Positions 12,489 to 24,850 of a stretch of DNA of 64,000 nucleotides are shown one piece after another. Location: assembly GCF_028641065.1 (NCBI RefSeq), contig NC_073377.1:51212001-51276000 (forward strand). Reading direction: 5' to 3'. The position numbers and the translations under genes are program-made. Within the stretch, counting starts at the first letter, position 1. Each line of letters starts with the position of its first letter. The notes below the pieces were generated by a model. The model ran no database searches and was not told where the DNA came from. It saw only the letters and a program-made list of their open reading frames with translations. The stretch comes from Leucoraja erinacea (taxonomy: Eukaryota).

Positions 12489-13252
12489 TCATGCGGACCA
12501 ATGCCTTCCTCCTGATACCGGCATATCTGTTCTTGCACACCTGGTATATGACCCACCCATAACCTGTGTGATGGGTTACTTTATCTTTTGACTTTTCCGA
12601 GACTCGCTCACTGCCTTGCGTTCACACCATCTATTCTGACCTTCACAGCTTGATCCCTAGATGTTTTCTTTCAAGTATCCTTTGTGATTTGAGTCCAGAA
12701 ATTTCAGCTGGAAGGAATAATGCATGTTGTTGAGTATTAAAAAACCCTTCAGATGCAGAATTGATATTAAAACCAAGTATTGACTGAATATAATCATGAT
12801 AGGATCAGCAGAAGGTTTATTTGAAGCTATCCACTTCATGATATACAAGAACCTGATCTGTACACCTGATAACAGTATAGATATAAAAGGGCAGGAGAGA
12901 ATAGTAATCACTAAATTCCAATGCATTTGCTTCTAAATGACCTTTCTCATCTTATTGTTGTTCTGCTGCACCACACATCAAAGTGTAGACATGACAGTAA
13001 TTACAGTATTATCATTCCACTGAAGGTTAATGTTAGAATTTCCATTCAAGCTTTTTTTTGCTGCAGAAATTATCTAAAGTTTTGTTTTGCAGAATAATAC
13101 CATTAATTATATTCCTTCATTTCCTGCTGAAATTCTTTAAAAATATGCTGAATGTTCAAAACAAGATTGTCAATGGCAGATGCTATATAAGAAATATAAG
13201 TATAAATTCAGCCATTGAGCACTAGAAATATTGGGCCCTTCACAACCATGTT

Positions 13253-13517
13253 CCTTTAAGAAGGAGATGAGGAGGAATTTCTTTAGTCAGAGGGTGGTGA
13301 ATCTGTGGAATTCTTTGCCACAGAAGGTTGTGGAGGCCAAGTCAATGGATATTTTTAAGGCAGAGATAGATAGATTCTTGATTAGTACGGGTGTCGGAGG
13401 TTATAGGGAGAAGGCAGGAGAATGGGGTAAGGAGAGAGAGATAGATTAGCCATGATTGAATGGCGTAGATGACTCGATGGGCTGAATGGACTCATTCTGA
13501 TCCTATCGCTTATGACC
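13253..13517 (+). mobile_element. CR1 LINE 3' end
   Basis: EMRRNFFSQRVVNLWNSLP..DIFKAEIDRFL. Confidence 0.9.
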
Positions 13518-13616
13518 TTCAGACATAATCAAAGAAACTTAGCCAGTGGATGCTCGCCTCAAGGTTCACTCATTAGGAGAATAACATTAGTTTTATGCAA
13601 TCGCATGCAATCAGTA

Positions 13617-13922
13617 GGGGCAGTACAGTGGCGCAGCAGTAGAGTTAATGCTTACAGCGCCAGAGACCCAGGTTCAATCCTGACTATGAGTGCTGTCTGT
13701 ATGGAGTTTGTACATTTTCTCCGTACCCACATGAGTTTTCCCTCTGTGCTCCAGTTTCCTACCACTCTAAAGCCGAACAGGTTTGAAGATTAATTGGCTT
13801 CAGTAAAAATTGTAAACTGCCACTTGTGTGTTGGATAATGCTACTGTGCAGGGGATTGCTGGACAGTATAGACTAAGTGGGCCGAAGGGCCTGCTTCCAC
13901 GCTGTATTCAAATAAACTAAAA
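13617..13922 (+). mobile_element. tRNA-derived V-SINE (HE1-like)
   Basis: A-box-like TGGCGCAGCAGTAG, B-box GGTTCAATCC, central GGAGTTTGTACATTTTCTCCGT domain, CR1-like tail GGGCCGAAGGGCCTG..AAACTAAA. Confidence 0.88.
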
Positions 13923-14525
13923 GTTATATTAAATAAACAGCTACTTTAAATCTTTCTCATTTTAATTTATTTTTTTGCTATCTTCCAATATTCAGAATCC
14001 AGATAAAGTCTGACTCGCAGACTGCACCCCCACTGAAGCCTGTTCATAAAAGATGAAAACATTTATAACATCAATTCAACTGGAACTAATTTAATTTATT
14101 ATGGGCAGACTGTACATCGATCGCATAAAAGTGAAATAAAGTAATCACAGCAGAACATTGAAGGTGACCCTCAGCATAAGCAGCAGCGAGTCTTGGAGCC
14201 CAGTTACAGAAGAGTGTTATTGATTGCACTGCTTGTTGCACTGATAACAGTTGGTAAGAGTGCACATGTTTACATATCGGCAAATGCCATGCTATTTTGG
14301 TGCACATCACTGCCAGAACATGCATTCCATTGGATTCCTGCAGGAAGTGCATGTATGTAAGTGTTAGAGCGTCAAAAGGAAACGATGGCATTAAACTTCA
14401 AAGCCTTGTCAGCCATGAGCTTAAGGGGATCACAGAAGTTATTTGGAGCAAAGAATATCAATGGAGCAAAGACCATTGCAAAAACCGATCAAAAGTATTT
14501 CTCTGTGTAGGATGGATGTGCGGAT

Positions 14526-15080
14526 AGACACAAAATGCTGGAGCAAACTCAGCGGATGAGGCAGCATCTCTGGAGAGAAGGAGTGGGCGACGTTTCAGGT
14601 CGAGACCCTTCTTCAGACTCACCCGCTGAGTTGCTTCAGCATTTTGTGTGTACCTTCGATTTAAACCAGCATCTGCAGTTCTTTCTTACACATGGATCTG
14701 CAGATGCTGGTTTAAACTGAAGATAAACACAAAAAGCTGGAGAAAGGGTATTGGTGACGTTTTGTGTTGAGACCTGCCTTCAGACTGACAGTCAGGGGAA
14801 AGGGAAAGGAGAGATATAGATGGTGATATAGAGATATAGAACAAATGAATGAAAGATATACAAAAAAGTAATGATGATAAAGGGAACAGTCGATTGTTTG
14901 CTGTGGCCTAGGTTAAAAAGAGTTCCAGACAGCGAGACTCAACAAGACGGCTTTGAAGCGGCCCGAAGAAGGAGTGCGGGGCCAGCTAGTACAATGACTT
15001 GGTTGGGGGAGGGACGGAGAGAGAGGGGATGCATGGGTTACCTGAAGTTAAAGAAATCAATGTTCATACTGCTGAGTTGT
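14526..15080 (-). mobile_element. Nested Penelope-type modules
   Basis: Inverted module 14526-14691 flanked by ATGGATGTGCGGAT/ATGGATCTGCAGAT, sitting in the end of a longer minus-strand Penelope 3' fragment that reaches TCAATGTTCATAC. Confidence 0.7.
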
Positions 15081-15119
15081 ATTTCTTTGACTGAGTGCAG
15101 ACATCATTAATATACCTAT

Positions 15120-15490
15120 TAGCAGCACAGTGATTCAGCTAATGGAGCTGCTTTCTCACAGCACCAATGTCCCAGTTTCAATCTGCACCTCCAGGACTGT
15201 CCGTGAGGAGTTTGCATGTTCTCCCTGTGACCATTTGGGTTTCCTCACAATGCTCTGCTTCTAACCCACATCTTAAAGACGCATGTTAGTTGGCCCTGTG
15301 AATGTTTCCAAGTAGAGGTGGGTGGTAGAATCTGGGAGCAGTTGTTAGAAATGGAAGGAGAATTGATTACATGGATAATTATTGAAAAGGGGAGGGGGGG
15401 GGGGGAGGTCTATGGGGAATGGGATTGTTCCATGAGCAGATACATATTCAATGGATCAAAATGGCCTTCTTCAATGTAGTAAGGAAATAT
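15120..15490 (+). mobile_element. Older V-SINE
   Basis: GCAGCACAGTG..GGAGTTTGCATGTTCTCCCTGTGACC core, diverged. Confidence 0.7.
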
Positions 15491-15509
15491 GGAAATTAAC
15501 TCTCTCAAT

Positions 15510-15860
15510 TAGAATCATAGTCATAGAATGATGCAGCATGGAAACAGGCCCTTCAGCCTAACTTGCCCACACCGACCATCATATTCCAGCTATACTGGTC
15601 CTACCTGCCCGCGTTTGGTCCATATCCCACCAAACGTGTCCTATCCATGTACCTGTCTAACTGTTTCTTCGATGTTGGGATAGTCCCTGCCTCAACTACC
15701 TCCTCTGGCAGCTTGTTCCATAAACCCACCACCCTTTGTGTGAAAAGGTTTTCCCTCAGATTCCTATTAAATATTTTCACCTTCACCTTAAACCTATTGT
15801 CCTCGATTCACCTACTCCTGGCTGGAGACCCTGTGCCTCTACCCGATCTATTCCTCTCTC
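15510..15860 (-). mobile_element. CR1 LINE 3' end
   Basis: ORF 15601-15786 NLFTQRVVGLWNKLPEEVVEAGT; (CTATGA)-type tail. Confidence 0.9.
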
Positions 15861-15985
15861 AATTGTTATCCAGAGTTTTTTAAGATGTTCAGCAAAAAGA
15901 TTTAAATTGTCACTGTAAATGACTGTGCTCATGAAGAACAGCAGATGCTGGTTTATACCAAAGATGGACCAAAGTGTTGGCGTAA

Positions 15986-16126
15986 AGAGCCTGTCCCACT
16001 TGGGCGAGTGTCACGTGCGCTTCACAACGCGTGCGTGACACGTAAATGATGTTGCATCGTGAGTCACGACGCGTAAATGATGTCGCGTAAATGTTGCGCA
16101 AATAACGCCCAAGTGGGACAGGCCCT
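15986..16126. mobile_element. PIF/Harbinger-type MITE, copy 2 (141 bp)
   Basis: TAA|AGAGCCTGTCCCACTTGGGCG...CGCCCAAGTGGGACAGGCCCT|TAA, inserted in a Penelope-type module (~15933-16282). Confidence 0.9.
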
Positions 16127-16789
16127 TAATTCACGGGTCAAGTAACATCTCCGATAGGATGGGTGACGTTTTGGATCGAGATCAGTCTTAAGAAGGTTCC
16201 CGATCCACAACGCACCTATCATTTCTCTCCAGAGATGATGCCTGACCTTCTGAGTTACTTCAGCACTTTATGTCTATCTTTGCAGTAAACAACTGTCGCA
16301 TTACTGTTTCATAAATAGAGGTCTCTATCTAATCTCCAAAAACTCTCTGTTATTGCATGTCTTTCGATGCAGATGATAAACAGTTTAGAATGAAGTTAAC
16401 TTTAGAATAAACTGTGTTATCTGTTTTGATCTTTGAACTAAGCCCATCGGAGGCTGAAGCTCGTAGTTATAAAAGATTTTTATTGGCCAAGATAAACAGA
16501 CGTTCAAAAAAGACCGCACAGTAGAATTTCCAAACTCAAGTTCGAATTTATATATGTTTGAACCACTAAGACAACAATAAATTATTAACTATAGTTTCGA
16601 TGGCTATAATTATCGACTAAGCTCTAGAATTTTGTGCGTGCACACGTAACTTTGCAGAAACACATATTTACAATGGGAGCAAATTGTAGCTGCCAAGACA
16701 CCTCTGAATAATCAAATGCATTTGCTAAGACACTGGAATTCAAATAGATTATCTAAAAGCTTCTGAGGACAGAACCTAGATTCTCATAA

Positions 16790-17315
16790 TTTGTAACCCT
16801 GGTTTCCCTCTCTCTCCATCCCTCCCCGCCCTAGTTCTCTGACTAGTTTCACTGTCCTCCTGATTCATTTTTCTGATTGTATGCCTTGTTGTCACATTTC
16901 CCTCAACTAACAATGATCCATTCTCCATTCCCTCGAGCAGCATCTGCTTTGATCTGTTGTTTTCACACCTTACTTCCTCATATCTCTTGTCTCCCTCTCC
17001 CCTGACTCTCAGTCAGGGTCTCGACCAGAAACGTTAACCATTCCTTTTCTCCAGAGATGCTGCCTGTCCCGCTGAGCTACTCCAGCATTTTGTTTCTATC
17101 TTCGGTGTAAGCCATCTGCAGTTCTTTCCTACACATCCTACCCAAAATTAGTGTTGTGAAGGCTGACTCTGCTTGAGTACGCAAATACCCCAAAAGACAG
17201 ACAAATATACCAATGACCATATTTGTTTGAGGAAGGGTTCTGACCTGAAATGTCACCTGTCCATTCCCCCCACAGATGCCGCCTGACCCGTTCAGTTACT
17301 CCACCGCTTTGTGTT
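16790..17315 (+). mobile_element. Penelope-type 3' fragments
   Basis: Same pyrimidine-rich region and GGGTCTCGACC..GAAACG / CCAGAGATGCTGCCTGTCCCGCTGAG module as the 5849 and 61275 copies. Confidence 0.7.
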
Positions 17316-18359
17316 ATGCCTAGAACCATGCATGATGCGTCAAGTGACAAATATATCTGGTCTAGAAGCTTCTTTCATCTCTACCGTATTAGTGTAAAAT
17401 AATGCTGAAGATTTCTGGTTTGATGAAGGTCAATTGTCTTACATTCAACTATGAGATCAGTCTGTTTGCAGTGGTACGTTTTAATTTCAAACTAATCACT
17501 GTTTTCAATGTCCAATGTTCTGAAGTTATTTTACTTGAATTAATAGCTGATACTTCCACGTCATTTTATAATTAAAATGACCGAATAATCTCTAACATTA
17601 CCAATGTGAACTCAACATAATTTACAGAATGCAAACGCATTCTCGCCAACCATTTTTTCTAAATAATGATTTGCAACGCAAGAAAAAAGCAACGGAATCA
17701 GCCCCTGTTGGAGCAAGATAGAACACTTCATTCGACGCCAGAGTTGTTACACACAACAATTTAAGTTACTGAGTTTCTCCAGCATTTTGTGTCTATCTTT
17801 GGTTTAAACCAGTATTTGCAGTTCCTTCCTACAAATTTAAAATCCATCCCCGCCTATGATACATTCTTGGAAAACTGATTTTGCTTGTCCGCTAAGGAAT
17901 GTCAGTGAAACCAGTCGAACATTCCAAGATTAATTATAGTATAGAAAAGGAAGGGACTTTGACCTATAGGCTTAATAGAAGCATAAAGGGCGTATGAATA
18001 AAATGCCTGGGTGATTCATTGACTGATATCCTGTTTGCTTTCTTAACTTGCCCTTTTCAACAGGTGGAAAAGGTACTCAGACTCCGCCCATGGATGGCAA
18101 CATTCTTTTTCAGATATGTGGGGGAGGAGTCTTGCTTTGACTGAAACTTTAGATTAGGTTTGAATGAGTAAACCACTTTCTCACCGGGCTTGAGGTAGTC
18201 ACATAAAAGGTAATTATATATAATTGTGCTAAATTTTAATGGCTTTACTGCCTTCAAGACATGACAGGTTGTTAGAATGCATAATTCCCTGCCCCCACTC
18301 ATTTGGAGCTTGTGGTTGTTTACCAGAGAGTGCAGGATAGTAAGCGAAACTGACAAAGA

Positions 18360-19085
18360 AAGCCTTTCCCCTGACTCTCGTTCTGAAGAAGGGTCTCGAC
18401 CCAAAACGTCACCAATACTTTTCTCCAGAAATTCTGTCTGACCAGCAGAGTTATTCCAGCTTTTTGTCTCTATCTTTCGGTGTAAACCAGCATCTGCAGT
18501 TCTTTCCTACACAAGAAAGACACAAGGTGCTGGAATAACTCAGTGGGTCAGTCAGCATTTCTGGAGGACACGTATAGGCAACGTTTTGGGTCAGGACCAT
18601 TCTTCAGGCTGCTTGTAGTAGGGGAGAGAAAGTTGGATGAGAGATGGAGATAGGCCAAAGTGGGTGTGGACAGGTGAGGAGGAATGGAGTAGAGGTTGAT
18701 TGGACAAAAGCCAGAGAAGAAAAGACAAAAGCTGTGAGATAAGGAGATCACAAGCCAAGAGATGTGAAATGTGAAGCCAGAGGAAGGAATATAGGTGAAA
18801 GGGTACAAGGGAAGGGGAAGAATTGTGGAAGAAATAGTACAGGAAAGATAGGGGGAGAAAAAAGAGAGTGGATGGTTTTTGTTAGTTAGTTTTATAAAAT
18901 TGGGGAATTCAATGTTCATACTGTTAGGTTGTGAAAAAAAACAAGCAAAATTTAATATTCTGTTCCTCCAGTTTTTATGTGTGGCCTCACTCTGGCAATG
19001 GAGGGGGCCCAGGACAGAAAAGTCAGTATGGGAATGGGAGGGCAAGTTAAAATGGTTCGCAACTGGGGGATCTAGCAGGCTTTTG
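18360..19085. mobile_element. Two Penelope-type fragments tail to tail
   Basis: Plus module 18360-18512; minus fragment 18516-19085 with ORF 18548-19045 PSHSHTDFSVLGPLHCQSEA (GIY-YIG C-terminus). Confidence 0.75.
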
Positions 19086-20509
19086 TTACCAAGTGGAAGT
19101 ATGCAGGGAAACGGCCGCTTGGTGTGGGAAAGGGCAGATATGTCAACATTTCAAGTGGAGACCTGCCTCAGGATTGGGAGTGAAAAGGGAAGATAGCCTG
19201 CACAAAGAGAAGAGATGGAGTATTGAGGCATGGGCCAATAGGTGGCTAGTGGATCAAAGAGTCAAAGATGATGGGCTGTTGGAACCATTTAGTTTATTGC
19301 CACGTGTACTGAGGTACAGTGAATAGCTTTTGTTGTGTGCTATCAAGTCAGCAAAAGGACAATACATTACAATCAATCAATTTACAGTGTACAGATACAT
19401 GACAAGGCAACAACATTTAATGCAAGGTAAAGCCAGCAAAGTCCGATCAAGGATAGTCCAAGTGTCATCACATGGTTAATGGTGACAGCAGTCTCTGAAA
19501 AAGGAGGGGGATAATAATTTAAACATTTCAAGACTCCTTTGATGAGTTTGTACTATTCAGAATGCAAACGCTAAGAATTGATGTTTACATTACCAGCCAT
19601 TTACTTTCTCATTTATAAACTGTTTCCTATCTGCTTGCAGCTGATGTCTAATACACAATAGATTCATCCAGCTGATAAATATACATTAGCCCTCCAGTAC
19701 TGAGAAAACAAAGAAGCTATTTTTTATTAGATATTTTTCCCAGCGTGCATTTAGAATAGTCACTGTTAGAAAACAATCAGCCGGCTGATCTCATGGTTCC
19801 TTCCAAGGTCTTTGATTGGCATGGACTTCCGTTTCCCACAATGGGCTTCCTCTCATTAAAAATGGAACACTCTGGCAGGTTTCTCCATTTCTGCCTCTGA
19901 AGCGGTTCTCGGCCAAAAGCAAATCAATGAGAAGAATGGATAATGGCTTCTTCACGGAGGAACCCAGCTGTGATTAGAACGTGTGGGCACGTCACTACAC
20001 CCACGCTCAGTTTCCTCTGCTTGCTTAACACAGTGTCCGAGCAGAGGTGCTGTTGTTTACCATTGCAGCTGCTTCAAAAACTAACATTAATCTTCACTAA
20101 TGTTGGCCTTTAATGTTGGCAGTTAGGAATAATGTTTCTGGATTCACCATCCAGAGATCATATCTAATGAACTGGAGCAGATGGGTTGGCCATTGGAAAT
20201 AGAGGTGGATGTCCAGTGATCACCAAGCAATCCACATCTGTTTAACATGCAAATCTAAAATCAACAATTTTAATGCCTTAGCAAAACCCTGATGAGAAGA
20301 CACAAGTTCATCTCCCACCACATTAGCTAGGAAATATAAATACAATTAATTTAATAAACTGAGATGAACCATTTATACGAGTAATGGTGACTGTGAAACA
20401 ACCAGATTTTCATAAGCACACTTTGTCCACTAATGTCCTGTGGAGAAGGATATCTGCAGCCCTTATCCAATATATGTTCATGTCATAGGAGCAGAATTAG
20501 GCCATTCTG

Positions 20510-21652
20510 GCCAGGAAATGGTGTTAGGTAAACTGTTGAGACTGAAGGCAGATAAATCCCCAGGGCCTGATTGTCTGCACCCCAGAGTATTCAAGGAGGT
20601 GGCCCTAGAAATCATGGATGCATGGTGGTCATTTTCCAATGTTCTCTCGACTGTGGATCAGTTCATGTGGACTGGAGGGTGGCCAACACCACATTTTAAG
20701 AAAGGAGGGAAAGGAATGACAATAAAGGATACTTTGACTTTGAGAGAAAACAGGGAATTATAGAGCAGTCAGCCTTACATCAGTAGTGGGGAAGGTGCTT
20801 GAGTCGATTGTTAAAGATGTTATAGCAGCGCATTTGGAAAGCAATGACCAGGGTCGGTCAAAGTCAGCATGGATTTATGAAGGGGAAATCATGCTTAATT
20901 TTCTGGAATTTTTTGAGGATGTAACAAGTAGAATGGATAAAGGGCCTGTCCCATGAGCATGCGACTGCATGCGGCGAGCGTGACCAAACCGGAAGCGGGT
21001 GCCGGCGAGCGCAACCAAACCGGAAGTGGGGGACCAAACCGGAAGTGGGGGCCGTGCGGAGGTCGAGTGATCCCGTACGTGTTGACGTGAAGTTCGAGCG
21101 AAGTCCGCGGGAAGTTCGCGCTAGGCATACGCCATCAAGACGCTGCGTACGGCGTTGAGACGGAGCGTATGGTGTAGAGACGGTGCTTACGCCTGTCGAG
21201 GCGGTGTGTACAGCCTCAATGTGGCTGCGGGCCCGGAAGGCCGATGCCGCGCGGAATTGGTGAACAGTGTCAGTTTTTCGGAGCCCCGCGGAATGTCGGG
21301 ACCAGCTCCACACAACTCCATACAGCTCTGGCGATCGAAGTGGGACTGGCCCAGCGAGCCCGTACAGCTCAAGCAACCACGTTAGGTCGCGCTTGCCGCA
21401 TGCAGTTGCATGCTCGTGGGACAGGCCCTTAAGGGAGAGCCAGTGGATGTGGTGTATCTGGACTTTCAAAAAGCATTTAACAAGGTCCCACACAAGAGAT
21501 TAGCGTGCAAAATTAGAGCACATGGTATTGGGGGTAGGGTATTGACATGGATAGAGAACTGGTTGGCAGACAGGAAGCAAAGAGTAGGAATTAACGGGTC
21601 CTTTTCAGAATGGCAGGCAGTGACAAGTGGGGTGTCGCAAGGCTCGGTGCTG
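20510..21652 (+). mobile_element. CR1 LINE RT fragment split by a MITE
   Basis: LKADKSPGPDCLHPRVFKE, then SRMDK|GEPVDVVYLDFQKAFNKVPH across the insertion. Confidence 0.92.
20941..21429. mobile_element. PIF/Harbinger-type MITE, copy 3 (489 bp)
   Basis: ~45-bp TIR AGGGCCTGTCCCATGAGCATGCGACTGCATGCGGCGAGCGTGACC; TAA duplicated (20938-40, 21430-32); removal restores the CR1 sequence. Confidence 0.95.
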
Positions 21653-23209
21653 GTGAGCATGTGCAAATGAACAAATTAATATGTTATAGGAAATTAAATG
21701 GGACAAGGAGGATGCATTGAGTCCACAGAAGATAACAGCATGTGGAACCCAAAGAAGCAAGAAAGCTCTTTGGTTTATTGATCCCTCAAATGAATTGAAC
21801 TACAGATTACTTCCAATCATCTACATACATATGATGGTTACTTGACTGAGTAGAGGCTTCTGCAGAAGTTGACACTAATCAGTGTAAAATAAGTTTGGAT
21901 TTAGGCTTATTACAGTCACATGTTTTGAGATACCGTGAAAAGCTAATTCACATTCAATAAAATGTGCATACAATTTTGACATACAATGGCTACATATAGG
22001 AATTATGTTGGAAATTAAGAAAGATTAAAATAAGTATCTTAAGGCCTTTGTCTGAAAACTGCTGGCAACAACACTGATGAATATCCTCAATTGCATTAAG
22101 GAAAGGGCTGCCACCTTTCCAGCTCCAGAAAAACACTCTATTTTGAATCTTATCCTATGTGAAAGATGCTGATTTTCATCCATTTACAATTTATTTATCA
22201 GGAAGTGTCATTTGATTTAATGCCCTATTGTTCCAAATGCATAAATCATGTTGTCCCTTTTTATTGATTATTTTTAACTTAATTTATTTAAGTAACTTGA
22301 TTAAAAAAACATGCTTTCATGATGTAATTTAGTATGTTCCAAAATAATGCCTGGCCGCAATATGTTTTTTTCTTACACTGCAGGTCAAACTTGTTTACAG
22401 AAACTTATCAAACTATTGTGCTTTGCTTGAGAAATCAGTTCACAGATGAAAATTGATGAAGGGCAGGGTGTGTTTGAAAACATTTAAGAGTTCTCAAAAA
22501 GGAAACACTTCTCAAGATTATTCTTGTCAAAGGTTCAGAGCTGGTTTTACTTTTCACCTCTGATAGGATGACAGCCCACTTGGCCAGGCTCCCCAAACGT
22601 CACCACTGACACCTGTTTCCTGCCCAATGTGGCCTCTTCTGTTCAGCAATGAGCCAATTGGCCAGAACTAGTGTGATTTATAAGCAAGAATGTCCTTTCT
22701 TCCCTCTGATTAGGGTGGATGCTTTTCCACCCTGTGCCTGTCAATGTCATGTAAATTGTTCTCAGGAAAACCTTGGACCCGATCATGTTTTCATTTATTT
22801 TAAATTCCTTATAACTTAACCCATAAAAAGTGATCTCAAGATATACTGCAAAATCCATTATTTTTATTGGGTGTTTTTACAGCTTTGTGGAAGATTTTCT
22901 GGAATAGCTTAGTGTTACAATATGTCAACATTGAAGTAATTTAACATTCTCTTTTGTGTCTGCAGGCACTTTGTATTCATGTTTAGAGTTTCCTGCATCA
23001 CTTTTATAAACCATCAGTCAATAAAATGCATCTTTTTGGAAGCTTTAGAGTCTGAGCAGCTTGCATTCTAAGCATTTTAAAATCTACAATTTCAGAGCCC
23101 ATGCATCACATGCTCGAACTAGTCTCTGACCTCCAGTGCATGGTTCACAACTGGCGTTCCATGGGCTGGACACCTGGTTGCAATATCTTTGCTCCAGATC
23201 TTTTTTAAA

Positions 23210-23518
23210 GGCAGCACAGTAGAGCACCACAGCAGGTAGAGTTGCTGCCTCACATTGCCAGATGCCCTAACCTCGGTTGCTTTCTGTGTGGAGCTCACAT
23301 GTTCTTCACAATGTATGTTCCCTCTGGGGGCTCTGGTTTCCCCCCCACATTCCAAAGATGTGTGAGTTTGTAGATTAATTGGTCTCTGTAAAAATGCTCC
23401 TAGTGTTACAGGAGTGGATGAGAAAGTGAGATAACATAGAACTAGTGTGAGTGGACGATATATGGTCAGCATGAACTGTGAGCTATATCTCTCAACTAAA
23501 ATAAAGTAAATTAAACTA
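23210..23518 (+). mobile_element. V-SINE
   Basis: GGCAGCACAG..GGTAGAGTTGCTGCCTCAC head, CCCACATTCCAAAGATGT core, AACTAAA tail. Confidence 0.8.
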
Positions 23519-24279
23519 ATGGAGCGGGAGTGAGAATTCCTGATGTAGGCAATACCTAGCCCTTCTCCATTCATTCCTACCAATGAGGTCAGTTGGAAAC
23601 CTTGGGATTAAATATTCTTCTTATCGAGTCCACACACAAGATTAGAAGTTGTTCAGCCAGAGCTGGACACACTTCTCGGCATCTGCATACAATGGTGTCT
23701 GTCTTGTGCTTATTGTGCGTGGTGGTGGAAAGATTGGTGGAAACAGGGCCGCAACATGAACGCCCTTTCCTTGACCCCGGGATTAAATCAAAACCTGACA
23801 TATTTAGGACATTGTGGGAAACAAGAGAATAAATTGTGGGCCACATGCAAAGATATTTGTATCATTCATAGACATGGGTGAGTTGCCAGAAGATTAGAGA
23901 GTGGCTAATGTTGTGTCTCTATATTTAAAAAAAAGCTTCAAGGAAAAGCTACATATACTATATAGGCCAGGAACTATAGACCAGGATCTACATGCATTTG
24001 TAAAGGCAAGGACTTGAATAGGTCTCAAGAAGATTGTTGAGAACATGAGATTTTGGCAACCTAATATAAACATGAGATCTGGGTTAGATCACAGATATTT
24101 CAGGGCAATTTTGCCAACCTAATATAAAATTAGCTTGAAGGTAGGAAGCAGAGGGTGTTGGTAAAATGTTTATTATAATTACAATAATTACATCATTATT
24201 TATATTAACAATTTGGATCTTCTTCTTCTTCTTCTTGCGAATGGAATATAAACCAAAGGAATAGTTAGATCCCAAGCTG

Positions 24280-24850
24280 GGTGTTGAGCAGCCAGGTTGT
24301 TGTCTCTGCATCAATGTAATGTCCCCACGTGTTAATCAAAGCCATCACTTCATTCTCCTTGCATTAAAATAGATACAACCTGACTTTACATCCCTCTCAT
24401 GTGCTTTACCAGTTCTATGTATGCTTTGCCAAATGGACAGACTTTGTTTTCCTCCTATGTTTGGCTGCTCCTTGCCCTTTATTGTACTCCAATTCTGCAT
24501 TACCTTCCCCTGCTAAAATAGCTAAAGTCCGTCTAGCAGTGCTAACAATGTCTTCTCCATATATCCAAGGATTTTTCACCCATTGTGGTTGGTGTGTAGC
24601 CTGCCCAGCTTGTACGGTAACAGTCCCCTGATCCAGAAATCGAATGCCCACCCTCCTGCACCATCTCTTCATCCGTCCTGTCCTCCCACAATAATACTCA
24701 AACATGGCACCAGAAATAATCTGGAGATTACAGTTTTAGAATTCCTGCTTTTTAATCTGCTACCCAGTTTCCTTCATTCGTGTTGCAGGTCCTCATTCCT
24801 CATTTCACCTCTGTCATTATTACTTGTATGAACCTTAACTTCTGGTGAGT
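24280..24850 (-). mobile_element. Old CR1 fragment, ORF1 esterase-like region and start of ORF2
   Basis: MKRWCRRVGIRFLDQ resembles CR1 ORF1 SGNH-type segment; CIYFNARR near 24350-24390 resembles the endonuclease N-terminus. Confidence 0.55.

Noticed and set aside
13617-13700. tRNA gene
   Set aside because: tRNA-like head continues into a SINE body and tail, with several dispersed copies
20864-21493. 209-aa minus-strand ORF
   Set aside because: Spans a GC-rich MITE and antisense CR1; no transposase motifs; stop-poor by composition
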